In this document: in pieces, positions 46,884 to 57,994 of the stretch | Layout of the letters: every line of letters starts with the position of its first letter | Numbering within the stretch: the stretch's first letter is position 1 | From: Oceanispirochaeta sp. | GTDB taxonomy: Bacteria > Spirochaetota > Spirochaetia > DSM-2461 | NCBI GenBank assembly: GCA_963666275.2 | Contig: CAXXOA010000002.1 | Coordinates: 2,176,001 to 2,240,000 of the forward strand | Length of the DNA: 64,000 nt | Direction: 5' to 3' | The notes under the pieces: model-generated | What the model was told of the DNA's origin: nothing | Seen by the model: only the letters and a program-made list of their open reading frames with translations | Database searches by the model: none | Position numbers and translations under genes: made by a program

Positions 46884-47933
46884 GTGAAAAAGAAACTTAA
46901 ATTAGGGGTGATAGGTGCAGGTAAAATTGGTCGACTTCACCTTGATAGTGTAATAAATTATATTTCTTCTACTGAAGTGGTGCAGGTAGCAGACCCATAC
47001 ATAACAAATGAAACCAAAGAGTGGCTTTCTGATCTGGGTGTCACTTCTATCACTCCTGATGTGGATGAACTTATTAACAATAAAGAAGTCGAAGCAGTGA
47101 TGATCCTCTCTTCTACAAATTTACATGCGGAACAGATTGTAAAAGCTGCAAAAGCAGGTAAACATATTTTTTGCGAAAAACCTGTGCATTTTGAACTGCA
47201 GACAATTCTGGAGACTCTAAAAATAGTTAAAGAGAGTGGAGTTAAGTTTCAGATAGGTTTTAATAGAAGGTTCGATCACAACTTTAAAAGGGTACGGGAT
47301 ACTGTGGAATCCGGTAAGATAGGTACTCCTCACATAGTTAAAATCACCTCCAGAGATCCTGCTCCTCCTCCCATTGAATATGTAAAGGTTTCCGGCGGAC
47401 TGTTTATGGATATGATGATCCATGATTTTGATATGATCCGCTATCTTTCCGGTCAGGAAGTCGTATCTGTCTTTGCCCGTGGTGGAAATCTGATTGATGA
47501 AAAAATCAAAGAAGTCGGTGATGTGGATACCGCAATTGTAACTTTTGAATTTAAAGACGGATCATTCGGTGTTATTGATAACTCCAGGCAGGCTGTTTAT
47601 GGGTACGATCAGAGAGCGGAAGTTTTCGGATCCAAAGGTTGTTGTGAAGCACAGAACGATACTGATACCAGAGTCTCTACCGTAACTGTTGATGGTACTG
47701 AATCGGATAAGCCTCCCTATTTCTTCCTGCAAAGGTACTTCCAGGCATATGTAGATGAAATGAAGAGTTTTGCTGAAGCGGTACTGGAAGATAAACCGGT
47801 CGCTTGTGGTTTGTATGATGCCATACGTCCTGTCATTATAGCAAAAGCAGCAGGACTTTCTCTGAAAGAAGGTAGAGCAGTAAAACTGGAAGAAATTCTG
47901 AATGAAAAGACTATTTCCAAATATCTGAAATAA
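46884..47933 (+). CDS. iolG: Inositol 2-dehydrogenase (Gfo/Idh/MocA)
   Basis: GAGKIG, FCEKP, GFNRRFD, ITSRDP, DMMIHDFD, YGYDQRAEVFG. Confidence 0.88.
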   Translation: MKKKLKLGVIGAGKIGRLHLDSVINYISSTEVVQVADPYITNETKEWLSDLGVTSITPDVDELINNKEVEAVMILSSTNLHAEQIVKAAKAGKHIFCEKPVHFELQTILETLKIVKESGVKFQIGFNRRFDHNFKRVRDTVESGKIGTPHIVKITSRDPAPPPIEYVKVSGGLFMDMMIHDFDMIRYLSGQEVVSVFARGGNLIDEKIKEVGDVDTAIVTFEFKDGSFGVIDNSRQAVYGYDQRAEVFGSKGCCEAQNDTDTRVSTVTVDGTESDKPPYFFLQRYFQAYVDEMKSFAEAVLEDKPVACGLYDAIRPVIIAKAAGLSLKEGRAVKLEEILNEKTISKYLK

Positions 47934-47960
47934 TTTGAGATCATTTCTGAAGGAAGAATT

Positions 47961-48803
47961 ATGAAATTTGCCATAAATGAAAATACTATTTTTCAATGTC
48001 ACTTAAGTGAATTTATTGATGTTTGCGGAGTAGCCAATTTCAAAGCTGTAGAAATCAGCTATGCTAAATTGAAGGAAGAATTAAAATTTGTCTCTCCTTC
48101 AGATCTTAGAAAAAAGCTGAAGAAATATGATATGAAAGTTTTATCAATAAATGCCTTTGAGGATGTTTTTCTTGTTCCACAGGAAGGAGCTTTTGTTCTT
48201 GAAAAAGAGGCGCATTTATTAGCTGAATTATGCAGAGCCATTGAATCTCCAGCTATAGTCGCTCCTTCAAGTAGATGGTATCAAATTTATGGTAATTTAC
48301 CTTCAAAAGATAGGATTACCAAAACCTACCAGGAAAGGATAACCTTTCTTAAAAATATTTTTTGCAGCTATGATTTGGAGTTGATGTTTGAACCGATTGA
48401 ATTTCCAGAATTCGTTGTTGGTGATACGGATTGGATTAACACAATACTTGATGCTCCTAATCTTCATAATATCCCTATCGTTCCGGACATACATAATCTT
48501 ATGCCAAATGGAGAAGGACCCGAGCAATTGGGAAAGTTTAATAATCCCATCGGAATATTCCATATTGATGATACTTTGGATCTGAGGGATGAAGATATAC
48601 ATGTTGCTAAAAGTCGTTGCTTTCCAGGAGACGGCATTTCAAATGCCGTAAAATGGATTAAAGCAGCAGAAAAAGTTGGCTACAAAGGATACTACTCTCT
48701 GGAGCTGTTTGATGACACTGTTTATGCAATGTCTCCTTTGGCTGCAGCAAAATTGTGTCGACAGAAACTTGATATTTTTGAAAAACTTGTGGAAAAACTA
48801 TAA
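47961..48803 (+). CDS. Sugar phosphate isomerase/epimerase TIM barrel (IolI-like)
   Basis: SINA, FEPI, DIHN, FHIDD, R.FPGDG, SLELF. Confidence 0.75.
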   Translation: MKFAINENTIFQCHLSEFIDVCGVANFKAVEISYAKLKEELKFVSPSDLRKKLKKYDMKVLSINAFEDVFLVPQEGAFVLEKEAHLLAELCRAIESPAIVAPSSRWYQIYGNLPSKDRITKTYQERITFLKNIFCSYDLELMFEPIEFPEFVVGDTDWINTILDAPNLHNIPIVPDIHNLMPNGEGPEQLGKFNNPIGIFHIDDTLDLRDEDIHVAKSRCFPGDGISNAVKWIKAAEKVGYKGYYSLELFDDTVYAMSPLAAAKLCRQKLDIFEKLVEKL

Positions 48804-48813
48804 TGGGGAACCA

Positions 48814-49488
48814 GTGGAAGAGCAGAACTTGGTATATAACAGGAAAGAACTCAAGTCAGATATTGTTTACAAAAGAATAAAGGAGTTGATTATTGCCAAT
48901 GAGTTTAAGCAGGGAATGCCTTTGTCAGAACGAAAGTTGTGCTCAGAACTTAACTCCAGTAGAACGCCTGTACGTGAGGCAATTAAAAAGCTTCATACAG
49001 AAAATTTCGTAGACTATAAGCAGGATTATGGTACCTTTGTTTCAGAGGTATCATACCAGCAAGTTGTCCAGATATATGACATAAGGGAGATGCTTGAAGC
49101 TCTGGCTGTTCGATTATTTACATCAATGGTAACGAATTCACAATTAGATATTCTTCGTACCCTTCACAATCAAATGGCTGAAAGAACTAAGCATCAGGAT
49201 TATTTAGAAAGTTTACGAATAGATCTGAATTTTCACCAATATATTATTAACGAAACAAAAAGTCTCTATTTACAAAAATTACTGAATTCAATTTTTGAAC
49301 AAACCACACGGATTATCAATTTAACAAGTTATTCCGATGAATGGGCTGTAGAATCTCTTGAAGCTCATAAGCGAATTTTTCTATATATCGAAAAGAAAGA
49401 GAGTCTTCAAGCGGAAGAAGAGATGAGAAAGCATTCTCAGAGAAGCAAACAACATCAGTTGGAACAGTGGATTAATAATAATTGCTAG
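48814..49488 (+). CDS. GntR (FCD) family regulator, paralog of 44839
   Basis: LSERKL...SRTPVREA; YSDEW shared with YTDEW; GTG start inferred. Confidence 0.9.
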   Translation: MEEQNLVYNRKELKSDIVYKRIKELIIANEFKQGMPLSERKLCSELNSSRTPVREAIKKLHTENFVDYKQDYGTFVSEVSYQQVVQIYDIREMLEALAVRLFTSMVTNSQLDILRTLHNQMAERTKHQDYLESLRIDLNFHQYIINETKSLYLQKLLNSIFEQTTRIINLTSYSDEWAVESLEAHKRIFLYIEKKESLQAEEEMRKHSQRSKQHQLEQWINNNC

Positions 49489-49597
49489 TACCCAAAGGAA
49501 GTTCTGGTCCCACAAGAAAACAGTGTATTTGAATCCTTCCAAGGATTTATATTCAAGAAGATTTTATAGGGGTGACATCTTCCTTGACACACAGTGC

Positions 49598-49738
49598 TAC
49601 GCCGATTGACATGACAAGAACATATTCATTAAAGATTTTATCATTTGGTTTTAAAGAAAATAAACTATCATTTCTTTTTAACTATTCCATAACCTGAATA
49701 ACAACTGTTTTCTGTTTAACCGGCTTATTTCTTATCAT
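49598..49738 (-). pseudogene. Decayed N-terminal fragment of the FadR-type regulator
   Basis: MIRNKPVKQKTVVIQVME*LK...SLKPNDKIFNEY...GV aligns to the N-terminus of 51289-51999; premature TAG. Confidence 0.78.
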
Positions 49739-49901
49739 TTTTTTCTGCTTTATCATTAAATGTGAATATATCCAAATGAGTTTGATCCTGAAATGCATTT
49801 GGAAAGAATTGCATTTTTCATTTGAAATAGATGAACCTTTTTTATCGTCCTATGTTCTGACGGTAGTGTGGAGTAGAAAAATTGTAAAGAGAAAGTGAAA
49901 C

Positions 49902-51206
<1,305 letters not shown>

Positions 51207-51288
51207 AACTGGCAAAAGAGGTGTTTGTCTGTGTAATTAAAATTGGAAGATTACTATTTAGAACAATCCTTTTTACATATTTTAAAGA

Positions 51289-51999
51289 TTACAAATCCTG
51301 GAAAAGAGGATCGCTGTTCCTTATATGTTTTCTGAATACCTCCATGGCTTTATAAAAATCACCTTCGATTATTGCATTGATCAGTTGCTTGTGGTTATTA
51401 GAAATAATCTTTTTATCGATAATATCATCCTGAGCCAATACTATTTCTTCATAACTGAATGAACGCATAGTTTGGTATAAACTGTTGAAAAGATCATTCT
51501 GACATGCCTCGATAATATGTTTATGAAAAGCATAGTCCGCTTCAATCCTTTTTGATATATTCCCCGACTCTACAGCTTTTATAATGTTTTCGACTTCTTT
51601 ATTAAGTTTATTTACAATATCTGATATAAACGCATCATCCTTATTGTAGACCATCAGATACCATAATCCTTGATGTTCCATGATAAGTCTGAGTTCCAGA
51701 AGGTTTTTCAGGTCCTTTTTTCCTAATAGCATAGACCAAAGGAGTGCTTCGGAAGAGATGTTGGAGCTTTCGCAGATGAATGTCCCCTTTGGGTTACGCA
51801 GTTCTACAACTCCTAAATATTGAAAAATTTTTAAGGCTTCTCTGATAGTTGACCTTCCGACTCCAAATGATTCGGCTAGTTCGTATTCGTTTGGAACTTT
51901 ATCATTCGGCTTTAAAGAGCCGGAAGCTATCATAGCTTTTAGCTGTTCCATAACCTGGAATACAACGGTTTTTTGTTTCACGGGCTTAATATTTTTCAT
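51289..51999 (-). CDS. FadR/GntR family regulator
   Basis: PNEYELAESFGVGRSTIREAL; DYAFH, NNH, KH. Confidence 0.93.
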   Translation of the reverse strand: MKNIKPVKQKTVVFQVMEQLKAMIASGSLKPNDKVPNEYELAESFGVGRSTIREALKIFQYLGVVELRNPKGTFICESSNISSEALLWSMLLGKKDLKNLLELRLIMEHQGLWYLMVYNKDDAFISDIVNKLNKEVENIIKAVESGNISKRIEADYAFHKHIIEACQNDLFNSLYQTMRSFSYEEIVLAQDDIIDKKIISNNHKQLINAIIEGDFYKAMEVFRKHIRNSDPLFQDL

Positions 52000-52104
52000 T
52001 AGTCATTCCTATAGTAATTATTATTAACATAAAACATTGTTTCCCGATAGATTGTTTTGATTCTTTTTCTCTCTGATTTTCTTAAAATTTCTATCGGAAA
52101 AAAC

Positions 52105-52164
52105 TTGACAATTCAGAGATTAGTGCTATGATCAAATCATATTAACATCATATGGTCAGATGAT
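52105..52164 (+). promoter_or_regulatory. Promoter plus FadR-type operator CATCATATGGTCAGATGAT
   Basis: TTGACA(52105), TGC-TATGAT(52127); 19-mer at 52146-52164 identical to 62497-62515. Confidence 0.75.
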
Positions 52165-52198
52165 AATATGGTGTTCAAAAAATAAAGAGGTTTTTGAA

Positions 52199-53314
52199 AT
52201 GGCAGAAGTTAAAGACAAAAAATGGCTTACCACTGATTATCCGCATATCATTTTTGAAGATAATGCGGTAGGTCAGCTGAAAAAAAGAATTTTTGATGCG
52301 CCCATGGAAGAGATTGAAGAAATTCTGAAGGATTACGAAGTTGGCGCCGAATCCGAATTGGGTAAGGCCGGATGTTATATCCAGACTACCCCCCGTAAGG
52401 ACGCCATTGCTAAAAGAAAAAAGAATGATGTTGTTCTGGTTCCCATTGGATGTACGGAAAATCACGGCGATCACGCCAATACCGGCCTGGACACTTTTAT
52501 GTGTACCCAGATTTGTGAAGCGATCAGGAGAAAAACCGCCAAAGAGGGAAGGGAAGTCAACTTGGCTTTTACTCCCATCAACTACGGCGGACATCCTTAT
52601 CACCATATGGGAATGCCCGGAACGGTAATTATTCCCCCCGAAGTCGTACGGGAAATGCTGATCTATACCATGGTTGGTCTATGGAATGACGGTTACAGAA
52701 AAATAATCCTGTTCAACAACCATGGTCACCTGTGGACCCTTGTTGATGCGATTCAGGAATTTATGAAACGGTACCAGCTTCCTGCGGTCGTACAGGTAAT
52801 CGACTGGCATAGGGCTGTCCGTGAGTTCTTTATGCCGATTGACCGGGAAGACTCTCTGACGACCAACTTCATTCATGCGGATGAAGCGGAAACTGCTGTA
52901 GGTCTTCTGATGTTCAAAGACATGATAAATATGGATTATGTAAGAGATGCTGAAGGTGAAAGATTCTTACCTGAAGGGCACTTTGACCTGTCGGTGGATC
53001 CCAATCGCTGTCCTCACAGATGGTCTGAAGGTGAAGGTCATATTGCAATTGAACGATTTGCCACTCCCGAAGGGGTTGTTGGTTCTCCCAGCAAGGCTAC
53101 CGCTGAAAAAGCAAAGCGTCCTATCGCAGCTATTTTGGAATACATGACTATGGCGATAAATGACATCCTGGAAACATTTCCTCCGGGAGAGCTTCCCAAG
53201 AAAGTATCTCTTAGAAGCGACGAAGAGCTGGCTCCATTCCTGAAAGAGCCCTGGACCGAAGGTTGGAAGTCTATCTACGAACTACCTCATATCGGGCCGT
53301 TTCACAAGGGATAG
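52199..53314 (+). CDS. iolN: Second 3-dehydro-scyllo-inosose hydrolase-like protein (creatininase family)
   Basis: GCTENHG, GLDT, HPYHHMGMPGT, NNHG, HADEAET, TPEGVVG shared with 39299. Confidence 0.72.
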   Translation: MAEVKDKKWLTTDYPHIIFEDNAVGQLKKRIFDAPMEEIEEILKDYEVGAESELGKAGCYIQTTPRKDAIAKRKKNDVVLVPIGCTENHGDHANTGLDTFMCTQICEAIRRKTAKEGREVNLAFTPINYGGHPYHHMGMPGTVIIPPEVVREMLIYTMVGLWNDGYRKIILFNNHGHLWTLVDAIQEFMKRYQLPAVVQVIDWHRAVREFFMPIDREDSLTTNFIHADEAETAVGLLMFKDMINMDYVRDAEGERFLPEGHFDLSVDPNRCPHRWSEGEGHIAIERFATPEGVVGSPSKATAEKAKRPIAAILEYMTMAINDILETFPPGELPKKVSLRSDEELAPFLKEPWTEGWKSIYELPHIGPFHKG

Positions 53315-53317
53315 TTA

Positions 53318-54145
53318 ATGAAGTATGCAATGTGTTTGTCCACCAATCCGGCAAAATTCGATGCTGTTCCCTTTAAGGGGGACTTTGAAGCAAATGTCCA
53401 AAAAATTGCGAACATGGGCTTTGACGGAATCGAATTGGCTGTGAGGGATCCGAGGATTATCGATCAGGACCAGGTGTTGCATGTTCTAAAGAGTGCGGGG
53501 ATGACTGTCCCCGCTATTGGAACGGGACAGGCTTGGGGAGAAGAAGGCCTCTCTTTTACAGACCCAGATGAAAGTATCCGCAATAAAGCCATAGAACGTG
53601 TTATTTCCCATGTTGATTTTGCGGCAAAATCAGGCAGTACGATTATTATCGGTTTACTTCGTGGTATTACGCGGCCTGAAGTCACTGAACAGAAAGCGCA
53701 AGAGCAGATGAAGGACGCTTTTCAGATCTGCTGTGCAGAAGCCGCCAGGCTGGATGTGAAAATAGCATTTGAACCTATCAATCGTTATGAGACATCACTG
53801 TTGAACTCAGTAGGGGAAGGTTTGCGTTTTATCGATGGTGTAGGGGCGGATAATTTAGGGATGCTCCTTGACACCTTTCATATGAATATAGAAGAACCGT
53901 CCATTACGGATAGTATCAGGTTAGCCGGTGACAGGATGTTTCATTTTCATTATGCCGATTCGAACAGACTGTATCCTGGATGCGGGCACATAGGCTTTAA
54001 AGAAATACTTAAAGTACTGATTGATGTGGGATATCAGGGTTTTGTATCCGGTGAGCACAGACCTGACCCGGAGCCTTCTGAAGCTGCAGTAAAAGGTTTG
54101 GAGTATTTGAAGAGATTGGAGGTAGAAATCCAGGAGGGGGTATGA
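53318..54145 (+). CDS. iolO: 5-keto-L-gluconate epimerase
   Basis: FDAVPFKGDF, ELAVRDP, IGTGQAWGEEGLS, EPINRYET, DTFHMNIEE, ADSNR. Confidence 0.8.
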   Translation: MKYAMCLSTNPAKFDAVPFKGDFEANVQKIANMGFDGIELAVRDPRIIDQDQVLHVLKSAGMTVPAIGTGQAWGEEGLSFTDPDESIRNKAIERVISHVDFAAKSGSTIIIGLLRGITRPEVTEQKAQEQMKDAFQICCAEAARLDVKIAFEPINRYETSLLNSVGEGLRFIDGVGADNLGMLLDTFHMNIEEPSITDSIRLAGDRMFHFHYADSNRLYPGCGHIGFKEILKVLIDVGYQGFVSGEHRPDPEPSEAAVKGLEYLKRLEVEIQEGV

Positions 54146-54465
54146 GAAAGAATCTTTTTCTGGCCTTTTTGTTTGTATTTGTTTGTTCCCTGATATTTTT
54201 TGAAGGTAAGAGTTTGAAGCATGGAACAACTGCTAATCCTTATGTAATAAACTATGAGATTTCAAAATCTTTATTAAAAAGATATTTAAAGAATCCGGCA
54301 TTGGAAAATAGCGAAACAGTGTCTGATCCCAGCCGTGATGCTTTAACAGGAGGGAACAGTGAAAATATAGTAGGGAACCTGAAACAGATTCAGGAATTTG
54401 ATTTTTCAGTAAATTATAGAGACTTGATTGATGCCTGGATAATATATAGTGCCCTGTCGCTGTAA
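54142..54465 (+). CDS. Small hypothetical exported/membrane-anchored protein
   Basis: Coupled to iolO (ATGA overlap, GGAGG RBS); hydrophobic N-terminus. Confidence 0.5.
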   Translation: MRKNLFLAFLFVFVCSLIFFEGKSLKHGTTANPYVINYEISKSLLKRYLKNPALENSETVSDPSRDALTGGNSENIVGNLKQIQEFDFSVNYRDLIDAWIIYSALSL

Positions 54466-54676
54466 ATATGAAGAAATATATGAGTTGAGTCGCCTGTGGA
54501 TTCCGTTAATGAAGATTTATGAATAGGATTTTACTAAGGATGGGAAAGTATAAGAACGTTATACACCGACTGTCCGGGATTATTTCTGATCAAAATCAAT
54601 ATTACTTCTACAAACTAATATAATTGATCATACGTTATACGCAATAAATGATGATTTTAAAGTAAGGATTGAGAGT

Positions 54677-56182
54677 ATGAATACTTATATAGAAGCCTTG
54701 AAAATAGTTTCCGGATTGCCGGATGATCCGCATGTTAGTAAAGACTTCTCAGGGCTGCTGAGTGATGCCGAATTGTATGAAAAATCTCTTAGGATTAAAG
54801 ATGGGGTTATTTTCTTTTCCGTCAGGATCAAAGATAAAGATTATCTGGTTCTGAGTTCCAATAAAAATATACCCTGGAAGTTCGTAGGGGAAAAAAGTAA
54901 GTATAAAGGGGAGATTAGCTTAATCTGTGAAGAAACTGAATCGAATTGCAAGCTTTTACGAATGCTTTTTCCTGATTTAGAGCCAAAACCAGTTGGTAAG
55001 GAAGATTCTACCTTTGGTGTGGGTGATCGTCTCGGGGTTGCAACTGTCGGCCATATCAAGAGTTTTTCCCTTTATCCAAATTTCACACCCATTCTTGCCC
55101 AACAGTCACTGCGTGAACTGGAATTGACTAATAGGTCCTATCGCGATGTCGTGGATGCAGCGATATGGGGCGTGTTTAAAACAGGATACCGGGGTAAATG
55201 GGGTGCAGATGGGGATCATTTAAAGGATACTATATCGGCAAGATCCGCTTTAGAGCAGGGTTGTACTATGATAACCGTCGATTTATCCGATCATTTAGCT
55301 ATAGAAGTTTTTGGTTATGACGATAATACTATCCTGGAAAAGTACAAAACACTGGATAAGTCATACAGAGAGAGGATTGAATCGAAGTATCTTTCTACAC
55401 TGAATTATGCATCTGATTTAACTTTTAATTTTACAGAAATTAATTTGGCCAGAATTGCTCTCACATACAAAGGCGCCATTGATTTTGCCAGTATCCTATA
55501 CAAAGAGTGTGAAAAAATCCGCAAGGAATTTGATTTTGAAATTTCTGTAGATGAGACTGATTTTGTGACTTCTTTGGAGGCTCATTTCTTTGTCGCAAAT
55601 GAACTTAATGTCTTGAATGTATCTTATACCGGTTTGGCTCCACGCTATGTGGGAGAGTTTCAGAAAGGGATAGACTATATCGGTGATGTCAAAGATTTTC
55701 AGGAAGATTTTAGATGCCATGCCAAACTTGCATCTCTTATGGGACATAAAATTTCAGTTCACTCATCAAGTGATAAATTTTCTGTCTATCCTATTATAAA
55801 AGAACAGAAAGCAGGCCCCTGTCATTTGAAAACCTCCGGTACGAACTGGTTGGTCGCCCTGCAGGTTATTTCATATTCGGATAAAGGATTGTTTCGTATG
55901 TTATTTAAAAAGGCTTATGCCGTGTATGATATAGCAAAAAGTTATTACCATATTACTCCCAATTTGTTGCTTAGGACTGACATTGATAAATTAAGTGATG
56001 TTGAATTACCTGTTGTATTTTCAAATAATACTGATAGGCAGGTTTTGCATGTTTCTTACGGAGAATTAAAGAAAGATAAGGAGTTGTGGGATAAGTTTGT
56101 GAAAGTCTTAATTGGTAATCAGAAAACATATGACAATCTCTTGGCACATCATATTGGAAAGCATTTATTCTTATTAAGTTGA
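54677..56182 (+). CDS. uxaE: Tagaturonate/fructuronate epimerase
   Basis: FGVGDRLG, AQQSLREL, GADGDHLK, FEISVDET, GEFQKGIDY, SVHSSSDKFS, HLKTSGT. Confidence 0.88.
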   Translation: MNTYIEALKIVSGLPDDPHVSKDFSGLLSDAELYEKSLRIKDGVIFFSVRIKDKDYLVLSSNKNIPWKFVGEKSKYKGEISLICEETESNCKLLRMLFPDLEPKPVGKEDSTFGVGDRLGVATVGHIKSFSLYPNFTPILAQQSLRELELTNRSYRDVVDAAIWGVFKTGYRGKWGADGDHLKDTISARSALEQGCTMITVDLSDHLAIEVFGYDDNTILEKYKTLDKSYRERIESKYLSTLNYASDLTFNFTEINLARIALTYKGAIDFASILYKECEKIRKEFDFEISVDETDFVTSLEAHFFVANELNVLNVSYTGLAPRYVGEFQKGIDYIGDVKDFQEDFRCHAKLASLMGHKISVHSSSDKFSVYPIIKEQKAGPCHLKTSGTNWLVALQVISYSDKGLFRMLFKKAYAVYDIAKSYYHITPNLLLRTDIDKLSDVELPVVFSNNTDRQVLHVSYGELKKDKELWDKFVKVLIGNQKTYDNLLAHHIGKHLFLLS

Positions 56183-56276
56183 ATACTACTTAACTCTGTT
56201 CATGGAGGATTTCATGAAGTTACAGATTAAAAAGTATTTAATAAGTTCGCAAGCATATAAAAGGACAGTAAATATG

Positions 56277-56323
56277 ATCTTCATAATAAACTGCTGCAGT
56301 GAGCAGTAGTTTATTATGAAGAT
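56277..56323. terminator. Long 21-bp stem hairpin
   Basis: ATCTTCATAATAAACTGCTGC-AGTGA-GCAGTAGTTTATTATGAAGAT. Confidence 0.55.
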
Positions 56324-56373
56324 GAGCCTCTTGTTGGTATTCAGCCGTACTCTTGGCTCGGAGGCTTTTTAAC

Positions 56374-56432
56374 TTGACTTTCTAATGTATTACGATATGA
56401 TGATAATATCGTAATACCGTAATACCGTAATA
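56374..56432 (+). promoter_or_regulatory. Promoter with inverted and direct CGTAATA repeats
   Basis: TTGACT(56374); TATTACGATAT/ATATCGTAATA inverted repeat; CGTAATA x3 at 8-bp period. Confidence 0.6.
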
Positions 56433-56493
56433 TTGATAAGACGCATGAGAAATGTTGTTACAAGGGAATTTTATGAAAAAAAGGGATGGGGAC

Positions 56494-57990
56494 ATGAATA
56501 AAAGTGTTACTAGTATTCCAATTCTGGAAATGAAGAATATTACAAAGAGATTTCCAGGTGTTTTGGCTCTTTCTGATGTAAGTCTGGAAATTCTTCCGGG
56601 AGAAGTTCACATTTTGATGGGTGAGAACGGTGCAGGCAAGTCTACTCTTATGAAAGTCCTGTCCGGTGCCTATGTCTGTGAGGAAGGTGAGATTTTCTTT
56701 AATCAGAAAAAAATGGAAAAATGGTCACCATCCATATCTCAGAAAAATGGTATAGCAATGGTTTATCAGGAATTTAATTTGGTTCCTTATCGGACAGTTA
56801 TTGATAATATGTTTCTGGGACGGGAATTAAAAAAAGGTATGATATTTCTTGAAAAGAAAAAAATGGAAGAAGAAGTCATCAAACTTCTGGATTCTTTTGG
56901 GATTAATCTTGATATCCATAGTTCAGTAGCCAACCTCGGTGTGGCACAGCAGCAGATGGTTGAAATTGCAAAAGCCTTGCTTTTTGATGCAAAGATCCTT
57001 GTTCTTGATGAACCCACTGCTGCATTGACTTTAAATGAAACCAAGCAATTATTTAGAGCGATAGCGCGGTTGAAATCAAAAGGGGTCGCTATTATTTACA
57101 TCTCTCACAGGTTGGAAGAGATTAAGCAGATTGGTGATCGGGTATCTGTGCTCCGTGATGGTAAATATATAGGCACTAATATGGTAGATGATGTGGAAGT
57201 GGAGGATATCGTCCGAATGATGGTAGGCCGGGAAGTTTCCATGATGTATACCAGAAATTATTGTAAGCATGAAACAACAGCTTTAAAAGTAGAAAATCTT
57301 AATAATTCAAAACTGCAAAATATATGTTTTGAACTGAAGTACGGAGAAATCTTGGGGTTTTCCGGACTTGTAGGTGCTGGTAGAACAGAACTGGCTCGCG
57401 CTATTTTCGGCCTTGATAATCTTTTCTCAGGTGATATTTACATTGACGGTAAAAAAGTCGAGAAATGGAATGCAACAAAAGCAATTGAGAATGGTATCGG
57501 ATATGTCTCAGAGGACAGAAAAGATGAAGGCCTTTTTCTGAATCTGGGTGTTCATCACAATACAACCATATCTTCACTGCATATGATGTTTAAAAACGGT
57601 CTTATCAATCTAGGAAAAGAAAAAAAATGCACCAGTGAATTTGTTGACAAACTGAAAATCAAGACCCCGAAGGTTACTGCAAAAGTACAGAATCTGAGCG
57701 GAGGTAATCAACAAAAAGTGGTTGTGGGTAAATGGCTGAATACAGAACCGAAAATCCTGATATTTGATGAACCGACCAGAGGGATTGATATTGGTGCAAA
57801 AGTAGAAATCCATTCCCTGATGGACAAACTTGTCAATCAGGGCAATGCTGTAATAATGATTTCATCGGACCTACCCGAAGTAATGGGGATGAGTGACCGC
57901 ATTATGGTTATGGCAGATGGGACAATTAAAAAAGAGTTTTTACCTACAGCAGAACCTGAAGAATTAATCAGCTGTGCAATGGGAGAATAA
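56494..57990 (+). CDS. RbsA-like sugar ABC ATP-binding protein (start 56452-56494 uncertain)
   Basis: GENGAGKST, tandem NBDs, LSGGNQQK. Confidence 0.94.
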   Translation: MNKSVTSIPILEMKNITKRFPGVLALSDVSLEILPGEVHILMGENGAGKSTLMKVLSGAYVCEEGEIFFNQKKMEKWSPSISQKNGIAMVYQEFNLVPYRTVIDNMFLGRELKKGMIFLEKKKMEEEVIKLLDSFGINLDIHSSVANLGVAQQQMVEIAKALLFDAKILVLDEPTAALTLNETKQLFRAIARLKSKGVAIIYISHRLEEIKQIGDRVSVLRDGKYIGTNMVDDVEVEDIVRMMVGREVSMMYTRNYCKHETTALKVENLNNSKLQNICFELKYGEILGFSGLVGAGRTELARAIFGLDNLFSGDIYIDGKKVEKWNATKAIENGIGYVSEDRKDEGLFLNLGVHHNTTISSLHMMFKNGLINLGKEKKCTSEFVDKLKIKTPKVTAKVQNLSGGNQQKVVVGKWLNTEPKILIFDEPTRGIDIGAKVEIHSLMDKLVNQGNAVIMISSDLPEVMGMSDRIMVMADGTIKKEFLPTAEPEELISCAMGE

Positions 57991-57994
57991 TACG

